Source: Thermoanaerobaculia bacterium (GTDB lineage: Bacteria > Acidobacteriota > Thermoanaerobaculia > UBA5066 > Gp7-AA6). Taken from it: a stretch of DNA of 64,000 nt. Shown piece after piece: positions 9,996 through 19,179 of the stretch (the first letter of the stretch is position 1; each line of letters starts with the position of its first letter). Location: positions 35,195 to 99,194 of the forward strand of contig DATKAE010000032.1 in NCBI GenBank assembly GCA_035498405.1, written 5' to 3'. The notes under the pieces are model-generated. The model saw only the letters and a program-made list of their open reading frames with translations, had not been told where the DNA came from and did no database searches. Position numbers and translations under genes: made by a program.

Positions 9996-10816
9996 GCGAG
10001 GAGGTCGTCATCACGGTTGCCGGCGTGGGGGCGGAGGTCACCCGCACCCAACAACCGAGCCTGCCGCTGCTGCCGCCGGAGGTCGGGGAGGAGTACCGCC
10101 GGGCGCACGAGGCCGGTGCCGCGATCGGCCACATTCACGGACGAAGACCCGACGGCACGCCGACCCAGGATCTCGCGACCTTCCGCGACTATTCGCAGGC
10201 GATCCGGGCGCGCTGTCCGATCATCCAGCAATTCTCCACCGGCGGCGCGGTCGGCATGAGTGTGGAGGAGCGCATCGCCGCGCTGGAGCTCCGGCCGGAG
10301 ATGGCGACGCTCACGCTCGGAACCTGCAATTTCGGCGACGACGTCTTCGAGAACTCGCTCCCGACGATTCGGACGATCCTCGAGCGCATGCGCAAGTTCG
10401 GCATCACGCCGGAGCTCGAGATCTTCGACGATGGCATGCTCGCCACCGCCGACGTGCTCCTTGCGAAGGGGCTGCTCACCGTCCCGCTCCATTTCGACTT
10501 CGTGTTGGGCGTGCCGGGAGCCGCCGCCGCCACACCCGAGAACCTGCTTCACTTCGCCCGGTCGATTCCGGCCGGCTGCACGTGGACGGTCGCGGGAATC
10601 GGCCGGCGCCAGACCGCCATGGCCACTCTGGCCGTCGCCATGGGCGGGCACGTGCGGGTCGGCTTCGAGGACAACATCTACTACCGCCGGGGGGAGCTCG
10701 CGGACTCCAACGCCCGCTTCGTCGAGCGCGTGGCGCGGATTGCCCGGGAAGTGGGGCGCGAGCCGGCCACGGTCGAACAGGCCCGGCACATCCTGCATTT
10801 GCCCGCTGCCGCGTGA
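9992..10816 (+). CDS. kce: 3-keto-5-aminohexanoate cleavage enzyme (BKACE/DUF849)
   Basis: TTG start overlaps the kal stop (TTGA). 274 aa. BKACE hallmarks are present: ITVAGVGAE...[76 protein letters not shown]. Confidence 0.85.
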   Translation: MSEEVVITVAGVGAEVTRTQQPSLPLLPPEVGEEYRRAHEAGAAIGHIHGRRPDGTPTQDLATFRDYSQAIRARCPIIQQFSTGGAVGMSVEERIAALELRPEMATLTLGTCNFGDDVFENSLPTIRTILERMRKFGITPELEIFDDGMLATADVLLAKGLLTVPLHFDFVLGVPGAAAATPENLLHFARSIPAGCTWTVAGIGRRQTAMATLAVAMGGHVRVGFEDNIYYRRGELADSNARFVERVARIAREVGREPATVEQARHILHLPAAA

Positions 10817-12192
10817 GCACTGCGGCCTCAGTCGTTCCGGCCGGGGAGCTGCGCCGCGGACTGAACCTCTGGGACACGACGCTGCTCGTGCTCGGGCTGG
10901 TGTTGGGCGGCGGAATCTTCCTGACGCCTTCCTCGATCGCGCAGGCCCTTCCTTCCTCCAAGGCGATCCTCGCGGCCTGGGCGGTCGGCGGTTTGCTTTC
11001 GATCGCGGGTGGGCTCGTCTACGCGGAGCTGGGTGCCCTGATGCCGCAACCCGGCGGCATGTACCTCTACATCCGGGAGGCGTTCGGTTCGATGCCGGCT
11101 TTCCTGTACGCATGGGTCGCCTACTTCGTGATCTTGGCCGGCGCCGGCGCCGCGGTCTCCGTGGGATTCGCGGAGTATCTGTCCGTCTTCTTCCCGGCGC
11201 TCGGCACCAAGCGCGTGCTCTTCGGGTTGGCGGGCCTTCCGATTTCGGCCGGGCAGCTCACGGCGGTCGCGGCCACTCTCCTGCTTTCGGCCACCCATTA
11301 CGTGGGCGTGAAAGAGGGCTCCCGGATTCAGGGATTCTTCACACTCCTGATCGTGCTGGTGTTGGCGGGACTGGTCGTTGGCGGGGTCTTCGCCGCTGCG
11401 CCTGTCGCCGCGGCCAGCCCCGAGACCTCGACGCCGGTCACGGCCGCCGCCTTCGGCGGGGCAATGGTGGCGGTCTTCTGGTGTTACTACGGCTGGAACG
11501 AGATCGCCGCGGTGGCCGGCGAGGTGGCGAGGCCGCAACGCAATCTTCCCATCGCCTTGATCGCCGGGACGGGCCTCGTGACGTTCCTCTATGTCGGCGC
11601 GAACGCCGTGTTTCTCAAGGCCATTCCCGTGGCCGAATTGGCGAACACGGCGCAGCCGGCCGCGGTCGCCTCCGCGCGGCTCTTCGGCGGCGGCTCGACC
11701 GTGGCCATCGCCCTGGCAATTACCGCGGCGGCGTTCGGCTGCGTCTCCGCCGGCATCGTCCCGGGCCCGCGCATCGTGTTCGCCCTTTCCCGGGACGGCT
11801 TGTTCCCCAAGCCGTTCGGACGCGCGCATCCCCGCTTCCGCACGCCGTCCTTCGCCCTGGTCGTGCAGGCGGTTTGGATGTCCGTCCTGTGTCTGTCGGG
11901 GCGGTACGATCAGCTCTACACGTACGCGACCTTCGCCGTCATTCTGGCCTACACGGCGAGCGGAATCTCTCTCTTCGTCTTCCGCCGCTCGCGGCCGGAC
12001 GCCCCCCGACCCTACCGCTGTTGGGGATATCCCGTGATTCCGGCCGTCTTCGTCGCCACTTCTGCCCTCCTCGCGATCAACACCGTGCGCCAGCAGCCCC
12101 TGGAGACGGCGGCCGGGTTGGGCATCTTGCTCGCCGGAGTGCCGGTCTATTTCTGGATGCGCTCGCGAGCCGAGCAACGGAGGATCCCATGA
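10813..12192 (+). CDS. APC-superfamily amino-acid permease (probable lysine/basic amino-acid transporter)
   Basis: GTG start overlaps the kce stop (GTGA). 459 aa with about 12 TM segments. APC-family signature region is GGGIFLTPSSIAQAL...AGGLVYAELGALMPQPGGMYLY. Confidence 0.8.
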   Translation: MSTAASVVPAGELRRGLNLWDTTLLVLGLVLGGGIFLTPSSIAQALPSSKAILAAWAVGGLLSIAGGLVYAELGALMPQPGGMYLYIREAFGSMPAFLYAWVAYFVILAGAGAAVSVGFAEYLSVFFPALGTKRVLFGLAGLPISAGQLTAVAATLLLSATHYVGVKEGSRIQGFFTLLIVLVLAGLVVGGVFAAAPVAAASPETSTPVTAAAFGGAMVAVFWCYYGWNEIAAVAGEVARPQRNLPIALIAGTGLVTFLYVGANAVFLKAIPVAELANTAQPAAVASARLFGGGSTVAIALAITAAAFGCVSAGIVPGPRIVFALSRDGLFPKPFGRAHPRFRTPSFALVVQAVWMSVLCLSGRYDQLYTYATFAVILAYTASGISLFVFRRSRPDAPRPYRCWGYPVIPAVFVATSALLAINTVRQQPLETAAGLGILLAGVPVYFWMRSRAEQRRIP

Positions 12193-14633
12193 GAAGAGCC
12201 CTTACGTTTCTCACCGTCTCGCTGCTGGCTCAGGCACCAGCGACCCCTCCGGCGGAGGTTCTGCGGGGCTTTTCGCCCGAGCGAACCCGCTGGCAACGAG
12301 AGTTCGAACGACGTCTTCTCGCCCTGCCCACTCCGGCGGAATCTGACGCCCTGCTGCGGCAGCTCACACGCGAACCGCATCTGGCCGGCACGCCCGGCAA
12401 CGAGCGCGTGGCCCGCTTCATCGCCGACGAGTTCCGGAAGGCGGGGCTCGAGGTCTCGACACCGGCCTACGACGTGCTGCTGTCCTACCCCAAGAGCGCC
12501 CGGCTCGAGATCGCGGGCGAGCCGGGCGTGGACCTGGGCCGGTCCGAGGAGCCGATCGCTTCCGATCCGGACACGGCGATCGCTCCCACCCTGCCGCCCT
12601 GGAACGCGTACGCGCCCGCCGCGGATCTGACCGCGGAGGTCGTCTACGTCAATCGCGGCAGCGCGGAGGACTACGACCGTCTGGCGGCACTGGGCATTGA
12701 CGTGCGGGGGCGTATCGCTCTGGCGCGGTACTTCGGCGGATACCGCGGCGGAAAATCGCTCGAAGGCGAGAAGCGCGGTGTCGCCGCCGTCCTGGTCTAC
12801 TCCGACCCGATCGACGATGGCTGGTTCAAGGGAGAGGTCTACCCGCCGGGTCCGTGGGGCCCGCCGTCGCACTTTCAGCGCGGGGCGGACGTCTACGACT
12901 TCCTCGTGCCGGGCGACCCCTTGACCCCCGGCTGGGCGTCGACCGAGGGGGCCCGAAGGATTTCCGAGGCCGAATCCACGATCCTGCCGAAGATCCCGAT
13001 GATGCCCCTTTCGGCGCGCGACGCCGCCGAGATCTTGAAGCGCCTCAAGGGCCCCGCGGTTCCCGAGGGATGGCAAGGACTCGCGATGGCGGACACCTAC
13101 CGACTCGGTCCGGGCCCCGTCCGCCTGCACCTGTCCGTCGAGAACACCCGCGAGCGCCGGACGATCCGCAACGTCATCGGCGTTCTGCGGGGGACCGACG
13201 AGCCCGACCGACAGGTCCTGCTTTCCAACCATCATGACGCCTGGGTCTACGGCGCGGTCGATCCCGCCTCGGGCACCGCGACGATGATTTCGCTCGCCCG
13301 GGCGCTGGGAACCCTGGCCAAGCAGGGTCTGCGCCCGCGCCGCACCATCGTCTTCGGCAACTGGGATGCCGAGGAGTACACGCTGACCGGATCCACCGAA
13401 TGGGGCGAGGAGAACGCGGCCGACCTCGCCCGTAACGCAGTCATCTGCATCAACGTGGATGCATCGACTTCCGGCCGGAGCTTCTCGGCTTCCGCGTCGC
13501 CCCTCGTCTTTGCCGCGATCCGAGAGACCGCCGCCGACGTCCCAGATCCCGGTTCCCCGGGCAAGTCCATCGCCGACACGTGGCGCGAGAATGCCGGGCA
13601 AACCAACGTTCGGAGCTACGCGACGGGAGCCACGGGCGACGCCCTACCCATCGCCGTTCTGGGCAGCGGCTCCGACTACACCGTTTTTTTCAACCACCTC
13701 GGGGTTTCTTCCGCCGACCTCGTCTTCGACGGCCCTTACGGCGTTTACCACTCCGTCTACGACGACTACGCGTGGATGGCGACGGCGGGAGATCCCGGCT
13801 TTCTCTACCATGCGGGGATGGCGCGGTACGCGGGAGTGCTGGCCCTGCGCTTCGCCAACGCCGACGTCCTTCCTTTCGACGCTCGCGCCTACGGCAACGA
13901 GATCGCGCGGTACGCGGAAGAACTGGCCCGGGACGCACGGGCGGCCTCCCTGGTTGCCGACCTCTCGGCGCTCTCCCGCCAGGCCTCGGCCTGGAGCCAG
14001 GCGGCGGGGACCGCGCAGACCGGATTCTTGAAGAGGGCCCAGACCGGCAACTTGCCGGCCACGACCCGGGCGGCTGTCAACGACTGGCTGCTGTCGATGG
14101 AACGGGCCCTGCTCGATCCCCAGGGTCTGCCGGAGCGGCCCTGGTTCCGACACCTCGTCTATGCGCCGCTCCCCTCCTACGCGGCCGAGACGCTTCCGGC
14201 GGTGCGCGAGGCCGTCGTTGCCGGGAATGCCGCCGGAGCCCGGCGAGAGATCGCGAAGCTCCAGGAAAGGCTCGCCGCCGCAACCACCGCGGCCCGGTCG
14301 ATCGAGGCCGTCCCGGCGGCTGCGGGTAAGCCGGCCGCCTCGCAACAGACTCTCTTCGTGGGAACCATCACGGATGCCGAGTGCGGCGGGAACCACCGGC
14401 CCATGCTTCGCAAAGGGAACATGGGAGCGAATGCGCGCGAATGCACTCTAAAGTGCGTCGCGAAGGGAACGCCCTTCGGATTCGTCGAATCGAGCTCGAA
14501 GCACTTCTACCTGATCGACGATCGAGACCGCGTCGCGAGATTCGCGGGGCGGGCCGTGCTCCTGCGAGGGCGGGCGCGCGGCGACACCATCCAGGTTGAA
14601 TCGATCCAGGGAGCGCCCGAGGACGGTCGCTGA
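12189..14633 (+). CDS. secreted M28-family peptidase, PSMA/glutamate-carboxypeptidase-II-like (PA domain + M28 + TfR-like dimerisation) with about 95-aa Cys-containing C-terminal extension
   Basis: ATG overlaps the permease stop (ATGA). Signal peptide MRRALTFLTVSLLAQAPA. M28 metal-binding regions are present (LSNHHDAWVYGAVDPASGTA, VFGNWDAEEYTLTGSTEW, GSGSDYTVF, YHSVYD). The C-terminal tail is CGGNHRPML...ECTLKCVAKG. Confidence 0.8.
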   Translation: MRRALTFLTVSLLAQAPATPPAEVLRGFSPERTRWQREFERRLLALPTPAESDALLRQLTREPHLAGTPGNERVARFIADEFRKAGLEVSTPAYDVLLSYPKSARLEIAGEPGVDLGRSEEPIASDPDTAIAPTLPPWNAYAPAADLTAEVVYVNRGSAEDYDRLAALGIDVRGRIALARYFGGYRGGKSLEGEKRGVAAVLVYSDPIDDGWFKGEVYPPGPWGPPSHFQRGADVYDFLVPGDPLTPGWASTEGARRISEAESTILPKIPMMPLSARDAAEILKRLKGPAVPEGWQGLAMADTYRLGPGPVRLHLSVENTRERRTIRNVIGVLRGTDEPDRQVLLSNHHDAWVYGAVDPASGTATMISLARALGTLAKQGLRPRRTIVFGNWDAEEYTLTGSTEWGEENAADLARNAVICINVDASTSGRSFSASASPLVFAAIRETAADVPDPGSPGKSIADTWRENAGQTNVRSYATGATGDALPIAVLGSGSDYTVFFNHLGVSSADLVFDGPYGVYHSVYDDYAWMATAGDPGFLYHAGMARYAGVLALRFANADVLPFDARAYGNEIARYAEELARDARAASLVADLSALSRQASAWSQAAGTAQTGFLKRAQTGNLPATTRAAVNDWLLSMERALLDPQGLPERPWFRHLVYAPLPSYAAETLPAVREAVVAGNAAGARREIAKLQERLAAATTAARSIEAVPAAAGKPAASQQTLFVGTITDAECGGNHRPMLRKGNMGANARECTLKCVAKGTPFGFVESSSKHFYLIDDRDRVARFAGRAVLLRGRARGDTIQVESIQGAPEDGR

Positions 14634-14634
14634 C

Positions 14635-16116
14635 CTAGCGCGCGCCCGCGACGTCCCGGACGACCGCTTCGGTCACCGCCAGGCCGAAGCGGACGTTCGC
14701 GAGTGACAGCCGCTCGTCGTCGCCGTGACTTCGGTCATCCTCCGAGGAAAGGCGGAAGGGCTCGAAGCCGTAGACGACCATCCCGATCTCCCGCAGGTAT
14801 GTGGCGTCCGTGGTCGAGGTCAGCGGGGGCGTCAGGATCGGAACCCCCGGCTCGAACCGATCGCGCGCTCTCTGGATTGCGCGGAAGAGGTCCGTATCCG
14901 TGGACGAGACCGTCGCCGGCGACTGCTGCAGCACCTGGAAGCGCAGGGTGGGATCCTTCGAGGCCTCTTGCAGCGAGGCGCGGACCGTTTCCGGGTCTTC
15001 TCCCGGCAGCAGACGGCAGTCGAGGGTGGCCGAGGCCTCTCCCGGAATCACGTTGACCTTCTCGCTGCCCGATAGCCCCGTGATCGAGACGGTGGTCCGA
15101 AGGCAGGCGTTGCGAAACGGGTCGGCGAGCAGCAGCCGCCGGCTCTCGGGGTTGGACAGGGCCGCCCGGGGGTCGGCGAGCGCCCGGGCGAGCGCGCCCG
15201 ACTCGAGCCGCGAGAGTTGCCGAAAATAGTCTTCGACCGCCGGGATCAAGCGAATCGGCGTCTCGTAGGCGAGGAGACGGTCGAGGGCGCGGACCAGGCG
15301 GGCCACCGCTCCCTCCGGTTCGGGGATCGAGGCGTGGCCGGCCTTTCCGGTCGCGACCAGACGCAGCCAGAGCACGGACTTCTCCGTGACGTCGACGTTC
15401 CAGGCCTGTGTGCGACCCTCCTCGACGGAGATGGTCGCCCCTTCGGTCAGGGCGAACTCGGCATCTCGCAAACGGTCCCGATACCGGGCGATCATCGCGC
15501 GCACGCCGTTTTCCTTCCCTTCCTCCTCGTCGGCGGTTCCCAGAAACACCACGTCCCGATCGAGCTTCGCTCCCGAGCGCTTGAGCAAGAGGAGCGTCAT
15601 CAAGTGGCAGATCGCGGTGCCCTTCATGTCGGTTGCTCCGCGTCCCCAGACATAGCCGTCACGGATCTCCCCGGAAAACGGGGGCACGGTCCACCGCGCG
15701 GCGTCCGCCGGCACGACGTCCATGTGGCTGACCAGCAAGAGCGGCCGCTTCTTGCCGTTTCCCGGCAGTCGTCCGAGGACGTTGGCCCTGCCGTGGCCCA
15801 AGTCGAAGATCTCCGCCTCGATCCCCTCGGCCTGCAGGACGCCGAGCAGGAAGTCCGCCGCCGGGCGCTCGCGGCCCGGCGGATTCGTCGTGTCGATCTT
15901 GAGATAGGTCTGCAGGAGGGCGGTCGCCTCGCGCGCCGCGCTCTCCAGGTTCGGCTCGGCGGCGACGGAGTGACCCGTGCCCGCCGTCAGCAGAAGCGCG
16001 AGGGACGCCAGGATCGCCGCGATGCGAGGAACGCGACCGATGCTCGCCGGTGGCGTGAGCGCCGGGTGTCCCGGCCGGGAGACGAGCGCGCCCCTATCGC
16101 GTGACAGAAGCGCCAC
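14635..16116 (-). CDS. secreted M20-family metallopeptidase (carboxypeptidase/ArgE-DapE-like)
   Basis: M20 motifs are present: LVSHMDVVPA, GRGATDMKG, FLGTADEEEG, HAS...; signal peptide IAAILASLALLLTAG. Its stop is 1 nt from the convergent M28 stop. The GTG start at 16116 overlaps the upstream gene's 3' end, so the exact start is uncertain. Confidence 0.75.
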   Translation of the reverse strand: MALLSRDRGALVSRPGHPALTPPASIGRVPRIAAILASLALLLTAGTGHSVAAEPNLESAAREATALLQTYLKIDTTNPPGRERPAADFLLGVLQAEGIEAEIFDLGHGRANVLGRLPGNGKKRPLLLVSHMDVVPADAARWTVPPFSGEIRDGYVWGRGATDMKGTAICHLMTLLLLKRSGAKLDRDVVFLGTADEEEGKENGVRAMIARYRDRLRDAEFALTEGATISVEEGRTQAWNVDVTEKSVLWLRLVATGKAGHASIPEPEGAVARLVRALDRLLAYETPIRLIPAVEDYFRQLSRLESGALARALADPRAALSNPESRRLLLADPFRNACLRTTVSITGLSGSEKVNVIPGEASATLDCRLLPGEDPETVRASLQEASKDPTLRFQVLQQSPATVSSTDTDLFRAIQRARDRFEPGVPILTPPLTSTTDATYLREIGMVVYGFEPFRLSSEDDRSHGDDERLSLANVRFGLAVTEAVVRDVAGAR

Positions 16117-16837
16117 CCGAGCGCGCGTTCGTCACGCCGGGAGAAGCGACGACCGGCGACCACCAGGACAGAATTCGTTTCACGTACTGAACGGTCTCGC
16201 GGTACGGAGGCACACCCCCGAAGGAGTCCACCGCGCTCTCGCCGGCGTTGTAGGCCGCGAGCACGAGCTCCGGTCGCGCCTCGAACCGGTCCATGAGCTC
16301 CCGAAGATAACGAACGCCACCCCGCACGTTCGCGCGGGGGTCGAACGGCTTGCGGACGCCGAGGCGACGGGCGGTCGACGGCATGAGCTGCATCAAGCCC
16401 CGCGCCCCCTTGCGCGAGACGCTACGGGGCTCGTAGTTGGATTCCGCCCGGATGACCGCCGAAACCAGCGCGGCGTCGACGTTGTAGCGCCGCGCCTCCG
16501 CCTCGATGATCGCGTCGAACGGCGTCCCGTAGAGAGGCCGGCGATGCGCCGCGAAGGAGAGGTCGTAAACCGGAGGGGGTCCTTCCGGCCGGGGAATCTC
16601 CACCTTCTCCGAGACCTCGACCTCGTCGTCTAGGATTCGCTCGACTCGATCCAGATTCACCCGGTAGCTTCCGCCCCCGGGCAGAGAGATCTCGAGCTCC
16701 TCCCCCAGGACTCGGTACCCGGCCGCCTTGACCACCCGACCCTCCTGGAAGAGGATGAGCTCACCGCGCGAGGGCAAGGCGAGGAGAAGGCCCCCGAAAA
16801 GGATCCCCGCGGAAAGACGGCGTCGCATCCGGACAAT
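16094..16837 (-). CDS. secreted lytic transglycosylase (SLT domain)
   Basis: Internal ATG gives signal peptide MRRRLSAGILFGGLLLALPS. SLT catalytic region is ...AESNYEPRSVSRKGARGLMQLMPSTA...AYNAGESAV. Confidence 0.8.
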   Translation of the reverse strand: MVRMRRRLSAGILFGGLLLALPSRGELILFQEGRVVKAAGYRVLGEELEISLPGGGSYRVNLDRVERILDDEVEVSEKVEIPRPEGPPPVYDLSFAAHRRPLYGTPFDAIIEAEARRYNVDAALVSAVIRAESNYEPRSVSRKGARGLMQLMPSTARRLGVRKPFDPRANVRGGVRYLRELMDRFEARPELVLAAYNAGESAVDSFGGVPPYRETVQYVKRILSWWSPVVASPGVTNARSGGASVTR

Positions 16838-16845
16838 TTTACGGA

Positions 16846-17868
16846 TTAGCGCTCGGCCTTGCCACGACCCGACCTCCCCGCCCGGGGGTGGAATCGGTCG
16901 TAAACCGTCTGCAGGTGCGCGCGCGACACCAGGGTGTAGATCTGGGTGGTCGAGATGTCCGTGTGCCCCAGCATCATCTGCAGGGACCGCAGGTCCGCCC
17001 CGTGCTGGAGCAGATGGGTCGCAAAGGAGTGCCGCAGCCGGTGCGGAGTCAGCCGGCCTCGCAACCCGACCCCGCGGCCATACCCCTCGATGAGCTGCCA
17101 GAGCCGCTGCCGCGTCATCGCCCGCCCTCGAACCGACAGAAAGAGCGCCGGGGCACCGCGTCGGTCGAGTCCCGGGCGAACCGTCTGCAGATACCTTCGC
17201 AGCCACCGCGCGGCGGACTGGCCAAAGGGCACGAGGCGCTCCTTGCCTCCCTTTCCCGTCACGCGCAGCATCCGCTCCTCCAGGTCCACCCTCTCGCGCG
17301 GCAGTTGGGCGATTTCCGATACCCGCAGGCCGGAGGCGTACAACAGCTCGAGCATCGCGCGGTCCCTCACTCCGAGAGGGCTCGAATCGTCCGGCGCCCG
17401 CAGGAGCGTCTCCACCTCCCTCTCGGTCAGCGGCTTGGGAAGGGCGAGCCCGGTTCGCGGACTGTGTAGGTGGGCCGTCGGATCTTCGGCGTGTTGCAGA
17501 TGCGCCGCCGCGAACGCATAGAAGCTGCGCAGGGCCGAGAGGGAGCGCGCCGCCGACCGGGACGAGATTCCGCGCGACCGTTGCTCACGCAAGTAACGGG
17601 AGAGTTCCTCGCGGGCGACACGCGAGGAAAGCCTTTGCCGCCGGAGCCATTGCCCGTATGCCGCCAGGTCGCGGCCGTAGGCGGCGACACTGGCCGGCGA
17701 CAGCCCGCGCTCGACCGAGAGGTGATCTAGATACGTCGGGAGCTCGCGATCGAGAAAATCGCCGCCCGTGCGGGACTCTTTCCCGCACCGCCCGGAGCGT
17801 CGGGGAGGGACGGACTCGCTACGCCCGGTAGGCAAGACGGGCCGATGGCGCGGCCGTCGCGTCGTCAA
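16846..17868 (-). CDS. xerD: tyrosine site-specific recombinase XerD/XerC-like (true start probably about 17811 or later)
   Basis: N-terminal SAM-like domain (FLDRELPTYLDHLSVERGLSPASVAAYGRDL). Catalytic domain carries R..HxxR..Y (LRHSFATHLLQHGADLRSLQMMLGHTDISTTQIYTLV). Confidence 0.75.
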   Translation of the reverse strand: MTTRRPRHRPVLPTGRSESVPPRRSGRCGKESRTGGDFLDRELPTYLDHLSVERGLSPASVAAYGRDLAAYGQWLRRQRLSSRVAREELSRYLREQRSRGISSRSAARSLSALRSFYAFAAAHLQHAEDPTAHLHSPRTGLALPKPLTEREVETLLRAPDDSSPLGVRDRAMLELLYASGLRVSEIAQLPRERVDLEERMLRVTGKGGKERLVPFGQSAARWLRRYLQTVRPGLDRRGAPALFLSVRGRAMTRQRLWQLIEGYGRGVGLRGRLTPHRLRHSFATHLLQHGADLRSLQMMLGHTDISTTQIYTLVSRAHLQTVYDRFHPRAGRSGRGKAER

Positions 17869-19166
17869 TGGGCCGCTTCGGCCGGCGCGAGGCTCGCGAC
17901 GACGGCGAGGATCTCCTCATCGGACAAGACCTGGTCACTCTGCTTGGCTCTCTGGAAGACGGCGTTGATCAGTTCCGGACGGGCCTCGATTCCGTGCGTC
18001 TCGAGCCAGCACTGCACGTTCGAAACGCCGCTCATCGGCCCCACCTCGATCGTCTGCCGCCGCCCGACCATCGCCGCAGGCACTCCCGAATAGACTCGGT
18101 CGGCCAACCAGTCGTCGCCCTTCTTGCGCGCCTTGATGATCGCCGCGGCGTGAACTCCCGTCCCCGTGCGAAAGGCGTCGCGGCCCACGATGGGATAGTT
18201 GTCGGGGATCCGCACGCCCGTGGCCTCCGAGACTCGGGTGCAGTACTCGCTCAACTTCGTCAGGTCGCGATCGATCCATCCGAGCAGCTGCAAGTTCACC
18301 AGCAGCTGATCCATCGGAGTGTTGCCCACCCGTTCGCCGATCCCGAGGGCGCAACCGTGCACGCGGTGGGCACCGGCCTCGAGGGCCCACAGCGCGTTGG
18401 TCACGCCGAGGCCGCGATCCTGATGCCCGTGCCAGTCGATCCGGACCTCCGGACCCACCTCGTCCACGACGCCCGAGACGAAGCGGATGACGTTGCGAAC
18501 CCCGTTGGGTGTGGCGTGGCCCACGGTGTCGCAGACACAGACCCGGCTGGCTCCGGCACGAATCGCCACCGTGTAAAGGGCCCGGATGTGGTCGGGATGG
18601 GCGCGGGTCGTGTCTTCCGTGACGTACATCACGGGCAAGCCCTCGCGCACCGCCATCGAAACGGCATCTTCGGTCAGGCGCAGCAAACGATCGAGGTTCC
18701 AATCCTCAGCGTACTGCCGAATCGGGGAGGACCCGATGAAACAGGCCACCTCGACCGGGATGCCCACGCGCTGCGAGATCTCGACGATCGGAAGGATGTC
18801 CGCCGCGACCGTCCGCGCCGCGCAGTTCGGCCGGATCTTCATCCGAGACGTCTGGATCTCGCGAACCAGCCTCTCGACGGTCGAGACCACATGGGGCCCC
18901 GCCCCCGGCAGGCCGACGTCTGCCGACTCGATTCCGAGCGACTCCATCAGGTGCAGGATGGCGACTTTCTGGTCGATCGAGGGACTGCGCACCGAGGGGG
19001 ATTGGAGACCGTCGCGCAGGGTCTCGTCGTCGAGCTCGACCTTGCCACGGGCCGGAGAGACCGCTCCGCCGGCTCGGTTCCAGTCGTAGATGAGTTCGGA
19101 TTCGGATGGGTGCACGCCCATTTTCGCCTTCGGCATCAGTTTATGCCGGCGTCGGACGCCGATCAA
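17865..19166 (-). CDS. 2-isopropylmalate synthase-family (LeuA type-2/actinobacterial-yeast-like catalytic core) protein lacking the C-terminal regulatory domain
   Basis: HMGL-like TIM barrel: ELDDETLRDGLQSPS, HGHQDRGLGVTNALWALEAGAHRVHGCALGIGERVGNTPMDQLL. About 420-433 aa. Track start at 19166 is TTG; alternative ATGs lie at 19136 and 19121. Confidence 0.6.
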   Translation of the reverse strand: MIGVRRRHKLMPKAKMGVHPSESELIYDWNRAGGAVSPARGKVELDDETLRDGLQSPSVRSPSIDQKVAILHLMESLGIESADVGLPGAGPHVVSTVERLVREIQTSRMKIRPNCAARTVAADILPIVEISQRVGIPVEVACFIGSSPIRQYAEDWNLDRLLRLTEDAVSMAVREGLPVMYVTEDTTRAHPDHIRALYTVAIRAGASRVCVCDTVGHATPNGVRNVIRFVSGVVDEVGPEVRIDWHGHQDRGLGVTNALWALEAGAHRVHGCALGIGERVGNTPMDQLLVNLQLLGWIDRDLTKLSEYCTRVSEATGVRIPDNYPIVGRDAFRTGTGVHAAAIIKARKKGDDWLADRVYSGVPAAMVGRRQTIEVGPMSGVSNVQCWLETHGIEARPELINAVFQRAKQSDQVLSDEEILAVVASLAPAEAAH

Positions 19167-19179
19167 CCGAAACGCGGTC

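Noticed and set aside
10260-14633. 1457-aa composite + strand ORF
   Set aside because: Read-through frame spanning kce, permease and M28 peptidase. The real genes are separate CDSs joined by 4-nt overlaps.
16846-17868. xerD as marker of an integrated mobile element
   Set aside because: Single XerC/D-type recombinase with normal housekeeping neighbours. No flanking tRNA, direct repeats or phage/transposase genes seen.
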